DNA of 33,165 nucleotides from a virus: IMG/VR virus record IMGVR_UViG_3300045988_164547, positions 1 to 33,165 of that record; one strand, 5' to 3'. Shown piece by piece: positions 25,693 to 31,693 of this stretch (position 1 is its first letter; each line of letters starts with the position of its first letter). The notes under the pieces were generated by a model. It saw only the letters and a program-made list of their open reading frames with translations, ran no database searches and was not told where the DNA came from. The position numbers and the translations under genes were made by a program.

Positions 25693-26084
25693 CTTATGAA
25701 GAACTGAACGGATTATTTTATCTCCGTAAGCGAATAGAATATTTGCGGCGGCGCATTGACGAGTTGAGTAATGAAGATGGCCTTAATGGCATAAGTTATA
25801 CCGGTATTTCAACCGGATTAGGCGTATCATCATCTCCGGTCGAAAGAATAGCAATTAAAAGAACAGCGCTTATAAATGAATATAACGAAGCTATCGAAAA
25901 AGCGCTGTCCAAAGAGCAAGAAATATGTGCTTTTATTGAAAATACTAAAGACGCAGAAATAAAATTTATAATGCAGAAGCGCTTTTTGCAGTTTATGACT
26001 TACGAAAAAATAGCCAACGAGATCCACAGCGACAGAACCTCGGTAAGCAAGAAGTTAGGAAGGTATTTGAGAAATAACCGTTGA
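25689..26084 (+). CDS. Late-gene transcriptional activator (sigma-70 region-4-like HTH; RinA/ArpU/DUF1492-type position)
   Basis: The C-terminus FMTYEKIANEIHSDRTSVSKKLGRYL is HTH-like. It is the last gene of the early/middle operon before the packaging genes. Confidence 0.5.
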   Translation: MTYEELNGLFYLRKRIEYLRRRIDELSNEDGLNGISYTGISTGLGVSSSPVERIAIKRTALINEYNEAIEKALSKEQEICAFIENTKDAEIKFIMQKRFLQFMTYEKIANEIHSDRTSVSKKLGRYLRNNR

Positions 26085-26176
26085 AAATTTCCCACAATTC
26101 CCGTTGTATATATGTTACTATAATATTGTGGAATGAGAAAACCACAGGGACTTTTTCATTACCTCCTTTCTTTAAA

Positions 26177-26209
26177 GGGCGGCTATTTTATATAGCCGCC
26201 ACATTTTTT
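26177..26209 (+). terminator. Intrinsic terminator ending the early/middle operon
   Basis: Stem GGCGGCTAT/ATAGCCGCC, 5-nt loop, then ACATTTTTT. Confidence 0.7.
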
Positions 26210-26220
26210 AGGAGCAGAAA

Positions 26221-27255
26221 ATGAAAATACAAGAAATTGCAATAGGCAAAATTAAGCCTTACAAATACAATCCGCGAGATAATGACGATGCCGTACCTCT
26301 TGTTATGGCAAGCATTCACGAATTCGGATTCAAGGTACCGATAGTCATTGATAAAAATAACACTATCGTTTGCGGACACACAAGATACAAGGCGGCAAAG
26401 CAGCTCGGGCTGTCAAAGGTTCCGTGTGTTGTCGCCGACGACTTATCCGAAGAGCAAATTAAAGCCTTCAGACTCGCAGACAACAAAGTTGCCGAAAAGG
26501 CAAAATGGGACAAAGGACTTCTCGACCTTGAGCTTGACGGCATATTTGATATTGATATGACCGTTTTTGATTTTGACATATCCGACAACGAAGATGAAAA
26601 AATCGAAATTGAGAAAAAGTCCCACAGAGAGAACACCTACGGAATTTACAATCTTGACCTTGTTGACCTCGAAAGAACAACAGGATTTTATCAAATGCCG
26701 ACTCTTGAAAAGTGCCTTATTATCCCGACAGACTTAATTGGCTTTAATTATATGCTTTCAAGTACTGACACAGATAAAGGCATTCACTGTTTTGTTGACG
26801 ATTATCAATTTGAGAGACTTTGGAACAGTCCGCACAAGTACACGGACAGAATATCGGAATTTGAGTGCTTTTTGACTCCCGATTTCAGCTTGTATATGGA
26901 TATGCCTATGTCGATGAAGATATGGAACATATTTCGCAGTCGCCTTATAGGACAATTCTTCCAAGACCAAGGAATCGATGTTATCCCAACGGTAAGCTGG
27001 GCAGAGACAGAGACCTTCGATTTCTGCTTTGACGGAATCGCCGAAGGCTCGGTTGTCGCTACAAGCACAATCGGAGTAAAAAACAATGATTTCTCAATGC
27101 AAATATGGCGAAGCGGTATGGATGAGATGATAAAACGCATAAAACCGTATGCAATTTTAGTATATGGCGGAGAGGTTGAGTACGATTATAAGGATATTCC
27201 TGTGTATTATTACGAAAACAAGGTTACCGAGAGATTGAAAAATGCAAAGGGATAA
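26221..27255 (+). CDS. ParB-like nuclease N-terminal domain fused to a DUF4417-like domain
   Basis: ParB-N motifs (IKPYKYNPRDND...IVCGHTRYKAAKQLG...RLADN). The C-terminus reads GIHCFVDDYQFERLW...TPDFSLY. Confidence 0.7.
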   Translation: MKIQEIAIGKIKPYKYNPRDNDDAVPLVMASIHEFGFKVPIVIDKNNTIVCGHTRYKAAKQLGLSKVPCVVADDLSEEQIKAFRLADNKVAEKAKWDKGLLDLELDGIFDIDMTVFDFDISDNEDEKIEIEKKSHRENTYGIYNLDLVDLERTTGFYQMPTLEKCLIIPTDLIGFNYMLSSTDTDKGIHCFVDDYQFERLWNSPHKYTDRISEFECFLTPDFSLYMDMPMSMKIWNIFRSRLIGQFFQDQGIDVIPTVSWAETETFDFCFDGIAEGSVVATSTIGVKNNDFSMQIWRSGMDEMIKRIKPYAILVYGGEVEYDYKDIPVYYYENKVTERLKNAKG

Positions 27256-27261
27256 GATATA

Positions 27262-27516
27262 ATGGGTGGAAGAGGAGCCTTTTCAACATCGCATCCAAAA
27301 ATGCTTAAAATCAACATACAGCTTTTTGCTCAAAAGCGTACTACAATTTCTCTTCCCAAGAAAGAATATGGGAAAATCATTAGAGAAATTGACGATTTAT
27401 ATTATGCTAAATATAAAGACAAAAGCACATTTTTGCACTATTCGGGAAATCATGTATATAAAGTGAGAAACGGTGGGTACAACAGCTATGAAATACTCTC
27501 AAAAGAAAAGCTCTGA
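27262..27516 (+). CDS. GGRGA-tag small protein A (contains an internal L27-leader-like MLKINIQLFAQKR)
   Basis: MGGRGAFSTSHPK-MLKINIQLFAQKR... An alternative start is ATG 27301. Confidence 0.55.
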   Translation: MGGRGAFSTSHPKMLKINIQLFAQKRTTISLPKKEYGKIIREIDDLYYAKYKDKSTFLHYSGNHVYKVRNGGYNSYEILSKEKL

Positions 27517-27832
27517 AAACGAACGGCTTAATCAATTAAGGGAAATGCTTATAAGCGTATCAGATAGCTATGATTATTTTGTTTTAGGCGTTATAGCCGA
27601 TTGCAAACGGTCTAAAAAGAAATATCCCGAAAAGTGTTCCAATGTAACAGAGCAGATTATTGCATATATCGAAGAACATCCGAAAGCAAAATCAAGCGAA
27701 ATAATTGAATACACATCTAACTGCTGTGGTCTTCCGTGGGGAGACGATGAAGGGGTTTGGCATAGATGGAATGAGATTATTACAGAAGAACAAGCAAAGC
27801 AAATCGTCCAAAGGGAGTATTGCGACAACTGA
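27488..27832 (+). CDS. Hypothetical 114-aa protein overlapping the end of cassette A (possible cognate partner)
   Basis: ATG 27488 (MKYSQKKSSENERLNQ...). A terminator follows immediately. Confidence 0.5.
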   Translation: MKYSQKKSSENERLNQLREMLISVSDSYDYFVLGVIADCKRSKKKYPEKCSNVTEQIIAYIEEHPKAKSSEIIEYTSNCCGLPWGDDEGVWHRWNEIITEEQAKQIVQREYCDN

Positions 27833-27837
27833 CGCCT

Positions 27838-27870
27838 AAAACCGTTGATTGTCTGAGCCAGCGGTTTTTA
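27838..27870 (+). terminator. Intrinsic terminator after cassette A
   Basis: AAAACCGTTG / CAGCGGTTTT stem followed by a T-run. Confidence 0.6.
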
Positions 27871-27903
27871 TGACTAAAACAGTAAAAGGAAAAGAATGAT
27901 TTT

Positions 27904-28299
27904 ATGGGCGGAAGAGGAGCAAGTAGCGGAATATCAGGTAAGGGTATTCCTTATGGGAAAGAATATACATCCGTTTTAACAAGCGGCAATATAAAATTTG
28001 TTAAGAAAAACAAAGGAGCCGCTTCGGCACCATTGGAAACAATGACAAAAGGACGAGTGTATGTTACATTGGGAAGCGATAAAACTCCTCGTTTTATTTC
28101 TTATTACAGCAAAGAAAACAAAAGGACAAAAACCATTGATTTGAAAAGTCCTCATGATGATGTGATACCCCATGTCCATCATGGTTATACACATAACGAA
28201 AACGATACACCCAAGGGATATGCCAACTTAACGGCAGAGGAGAAGAAAATGGTTGACAATGTAAAAAAAACATGGGATAATTACATTGGCGATAGGTAG
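27904..28299 (+). CDS. GGRGA-tag small protein B
   Basis: MGGRGASSGISGKG... His-rich C-terminus (PHVHHGYTHNE). 131 aa. Confidence 0.65.
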   Translation: MGGRGASSGISGKGIPYGKEYTSVLTSGNIKFVKKNKGAASAPLETMTKGRVYVTLGSDKTPRFISYYSKENKRTKTIDLKSPHDDVIPHVHHGYTHNENDTPKGYANLTAEEKKMVDNVKKTWDNYIGDR

Positions 28300-28382
28300 T
28301 AGTATAGGATGAGTACGCTTCCATCGTGTTGAGGCCCCGGTGGAAATCCGGGCGCCTATCGCTGTAAATATACTTATTGTTT

Positions 28383-28412
28383 ACCGTTGACTCAACAGTC
28401 AGCGGTATTTTT
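28383..28412 (+). terminator. Intrinsic terminator after cassette B (homologous to the terminator at 27838)
   Basis: ACCGTTGACT / AGTCAGCGGT stem, 4-nt loop, then ATTTTT. Confidence 0.65.
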
Positions 28413-28433
28413 ATGCCCAAAAGGAGAATGACA

Positions 28434-28721
28434 ATGCTTAATATAGAGTTACAATATTTCGGTGGCAGAGGAGCAACAAGCAGTACCGCTAAAGGCAAGT
28501 CTTCCTTAAAATATTTTAAGGAAGCTGCGAGACAGTTTAATGAAGCAAAAATAAGCGCAAATAAGGGTAATTATTACGCCCTCGAGTATACACACGCAAA
28601 CGGTGAAACCATAACATACTATTCACAGGGTAATGGTAACTTTGAGCAAAAAGAAAGTCTTATGGAAAAAACACACTCTCGGCGCAAGGGCACGCTCAAA
28701 GCAAGCTATACCAAACAGTAA
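28434..28721 (+). CDS. GGRGA-tag small protein C with an L27-propeptide-like leader
   Basis: AAGGAG RBS 7 nt before ATG 28434. MLNIELQYF-GGRGATSSTAKGKSS... Confidence 0.6.
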   Translation: MLNIELQYFGGRGATSSTAKGKSSLKYFKEAARQFNEAKISANKGNYYALEYTHANGETITYYSQGNGNFEQKESLMEKTHSRRKGTLKASYTKQ

Positions 28722-28730
28722 GGTGATTTA

Positions 28731-30371
28731 ATGCCAAACGCCGAAAATCTTATACCTAACAACAAACGAAGCCCGAGAGAAGTAAGAGAAAACGGCAGAA
28801 AGGGCGGAATTGCCTCAGGAGAAGCAAGACGGAAGAAAAAGCAGACAGCCGAGCTGATGAAAGATATCCTCAATTCTTCTCTCGAAGGAAAGAACAAGCA
28901 GACGGTTAAGGCCTTTGCGAGCGAACTTGGAGACGAGGATTTGACTGTTAACGCCCTTATGGCTGCAGGACTCGTAAAAGCGGCGGTTACAGGAAATGTC
29001 AAAGCATTCGAAGCGGTACAGAGATATGTCGGTACGGATGAACAAAAAACAAAAGACGAATACCACTTACCGATTACAGATATAACAACAGACTTTGTCA
29101 ATGTCTATCGACTTATTCACGAGGTATGGAACGGCGAATCAGATGTTCACGAGATTATCTCAAAAGGTGGACGTGGTTCAATCAAATCTAACTTTTGGGC
29201 GGCGATTGTCGAAGAAACAATCTATAATGACGAGCAGGCGCATTGTGTATTTACCCGAAGATACAAAACCGACCTGCGCGGCTCTGTATATAACCAGTTT
29301 ATGAAAACGATAATCCGCCACGGAAGAATTGACGATTGGGAATTCACCACTTCGCCTATGCGAGCTGTATATAAAAAGACCGGACAGCAAGTGCTGTTTG
29401 TAGGTGCAGACAAGCCTATAAGCTTGAAATCATACAATGTAACTTTCGGCTATGTCAAAATGCTTCTGCACGAAGAAGCGGACGAAATGGCAGGAGTTGC
29501 GCAGATGGATAACATTGAAGACACGTTTCTTCGTTCTGACACACCGGCTCTTGATGTTAAGATTTTCAACCCACCTCAAAGTGCTAATAATTTTATGAAC
29601 GCTTATGTCGAAGAAAAGCGCAATGACCCAAGCACATTTATAGCTCACTCTTATTATTACAACGTCCCCAAAAAATGGCTCGGAAAACGCTTTTTTGAGC
29701 GTGCCGAATGGTTCAAACAGCATAAACCAAGATATTATCAGAACAACTATCTCGGAGAAGTTACAGGAACAGGCGGAGTAATATTTGAGAACATCGAAAC
29801 ACGGAAACTTACGGATGAATTCATCCAAGAGCTTCCGTATTTTAATTACGGATTAGACTTCGGATATGAACATCCGCAGGTCTTTATTAAGGCATATTAT
29901 GACAGCGACACCGATATTTTATATCCTGTTGAAGAGATATATTCGAGAAGGTGCAAGAACAGTACATTTGCCCGGAAAATAAGCCAATATAAAAATGTCG
30001 AAATTCTTGCCGATTCTGCACGCCCTGACAACATTAAGGAGATGCAGGATTGGGGATTTGATATTATAGGCGCCAAGAAACGCTGGGGTGCAAACAATGG
30101 CCGTGATTACTGTTGGGAATGGCTGAGGCAATGTAACAAGATAGTTGTTGACCCCGAACGAACGCCGCACCTATATAAAGAGTTGACAACGCTTGAATTT
30201 GAACAGCTCAAGGACGGAACATTCTCAAGCGAGTATCCAAGACTTAACGAGGACTGCATTATGGCTCTTATTTACGGTCTTAACCGTGTAATAATGGAGA
30301 CAAGGCGAGCAGATTTATATATTGACGAAGTTATGAATGAGGATGATGTAGAAGATGAATTCGATGATTGA
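28731..30371 (+). CDS. Terminase: small-subunit-like N-terminal domain fused to a PBSX-type large subunit
   Basis: The N-terminal ~110 aa (RENGRKGGIASGEARRKKK...AAVTGNVKAFEAV) resemble TerS. A Walker-A-like KGGRGSIKS follows, then about 430 aa of ATPase-nuclease body. Confidence 0.8.
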   Translation: MPNAENLIPNNKRSPREVRENGRKGGIASGEARRKKKQTAELMKDILNSSLEGKNKQTVKAFASELGDEDLTVNALMAAGLVKAAVTGNVKAFEAVQRYVGTDEQKTKDEYHLPITDITTDFVNVYRLIHEVWNGESDVHEIISKGGRGSIKSNFWAAIVEETIYNDEQAHCVFTRRYKTDLRGSVYNQFMKTIIRHGRIDDWEFTTSPMRAVYKKTGQQVLFVGADKPISLKSYNVTFGYVKMLLHEEADEMAGVAQMDNIEDTFLRSDTPALDVKIFNPPQSANNFMNAYVEEKRNDPSTFIAHSYYYNVPKKWLGKRFFERAEWFKQHKPRYYQNNYLGEVTGTGGVIFENIETRKLTDEFIQELPYFNYGLDFGYEHPQVFIKAYYDSDTDILYPVEEIYSRRCKNSTFARKISQYKNVEILADSARPDNIKEMQDWGFDIIGAKKRWGANNGRDYCWEWLRQCNKIVVDPERTPHLYKELTTLEFEQLKDGTFSSEYPRLNEDCIMALIYGLNRVIMETRRADLYIDEVMNEDDVEDEFDD

Positions 30372-31689
30372 AGGGATAATCCTTAAGATTGCAAATCGGC
30401 TTGGACTCGAACTGCAAAAAAAGAAGGATCTAAAAATCAAATATAGCGACAAAGGGATAAATCCCACCGCAATAGGTGCTAATGTTGTTACCAACATAGC
30501 CGTTGACGATAGCGACATCCAAGTTGTCGGAAACTCAGCAAGAGCGCAAGCGATACAAGACCTTTTATATTACTATGTCGACAACATTCTTTCGGTGGCG
30601 GCCGAGGTGGCTCTTGGAACAGGCGATTGCCTTATAAGACCGTATACAGACGGAGACGATATCGGATTTAATGTTATCGGCTCGGATGATTTCTTGATAA
30701 CTTCCTCAATAGGATATCGACTTAAAGGAGTTGTCATTAAGCTGGATGAGTACGAAACAAAAACAGCCACTTACAGACTGTTTGAAAGTCAATCTTTACA
30801 AACGAAAGAAAATAGGCGAGTTGTTCTCATTAACCGCTTCGCATATAAGGGCACGGATGAAATCGACATAACCAAAACAATATGGAAAGATATCACAACC
30901 GAAGAATATATTGTTGCGGATCAGCTTTTGTTAGGGCGGTATAAGTGCCCTACCATCAACCGTGATAATTATAATTCCGCAAACGGTGTACCGATTACAT
31001 TCGGGTGCGCCGAAATCATAGACAACATCAAAAAGAAATATGAGCAGTACAACGATGAGTTTGACCGCAAAGAGTCAAGAATATTTGCCGATAGAACATT
31101 ATTCAAAAGAGCTGAAAACGATAGGCTTGAACTCTCGTCATCTAAAGAATTTATAAATGTCCGTGGAGGTGTTGACGGCGGTATAACTTCACAGATTTAC
31201 GATTACTCCCCTTCTATCCGGGAAGAAGAATTCAAATCTGCTAATGATTTTAACTTATCTATTCTTGAGCTGTGTTGCGGATTTTCAAGAGGCATATTCA
31301 CATCACCCGAAACATCATTCGCAACAGCCACAGAGCTGAAAAACAGCCTCAAAAAGACTTTTGCTTTTGTCAAGAGTTTTCGCCGACGCATTGAGCACGG
31401 CAACAAAGAATTATTTAATGCCGTCAATATAATAATGAATTTAAATTCCGTCACGCCCGATGGCAAGTGGGAGTTACAACATGATTGGTCATATGATTAC
31501 ATCGAGCAGACGAGCGAAAAATTCAATCAGCTCATACAGTCGCTTGATCGCAATGCCATAAAGACTGAAGACTTGACCGCGTGGGTGCTCAACTTAAGAC
31601 CCGAAGAAGCAGCCGAATATGTTGAGGATATTGAGGCAAAACAAAATGAAGAAGTGCAGAAGCAACTAAAGGCGGCAATGAATGAATAA
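30355..31689 (+). CDS. Portal protein
   Basis: 444 aa, located between the terminase and MuF genes. Confidence 0.75.
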   Translation: MNSMIEGIILKIANRLGLELQKKKDLKIKYSDKGINPTAIGANVVTNIAVDDSDIQVVGNSARAQAIQDLLYYYVDNILSVAAEVALGTGDCLIRPYTDGDDIGFNVIGSDDFLITSSIGYRLKGVVIKLDEYETKTATYRLFESQSLQTKENRRVVLINRFAYKGTDEIDITKTIWKDITTEEYIVADQLLLGRYKCPTINRDNYNSANGVPITFGCAEIIDNIKKKYEQYNDEFDRKESRIFADRTLFKRAENDRLELSSSKEFINVRGGVDGGITSQIYDYSPSIREEEFKSANDFNLSILELCCGFSRGIFTSPETSFATATELKNSLKKTFAFVKSFRRRIEHGNKELFNAVNIIMNLNSVTPDGKWELQHDWSYDYIEQTSEKFNQLIQSLDRNAIKTEDLTAWVLNLRPEEAAEYVEDIEAKQNEEVQKQLKAAMNE

Positions 31690-31693
31690 CTTG

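Noticed and set aside
26092-26131. A late promoter in the gap after the activator gene. Candidate elements: TATAAT at 26119-26124, and CCACAAT...ATTGTGG inverted repeats.
   Set aside because: No acceptable -35 sits at the right spacing. The element lies upstream of the terminator at 26177-26209, so it cannot simply drive the packaging genes. It may be an activator-dependent site, but I cannot support a call.
29155-29185. The GGRGS in the terminase Walker A (KGGRGSIKS) might be related to the GGRGA tag of the small cassette proteins.
   Set aside because: In the terminase it is the P-loop, embedded in a conserved ATPase context. In the cassette proteins the motif is at the extreme N-terminus with no Lys-Ser/Thr following. 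This is most likely a coincidence of Gly-rich motifs.
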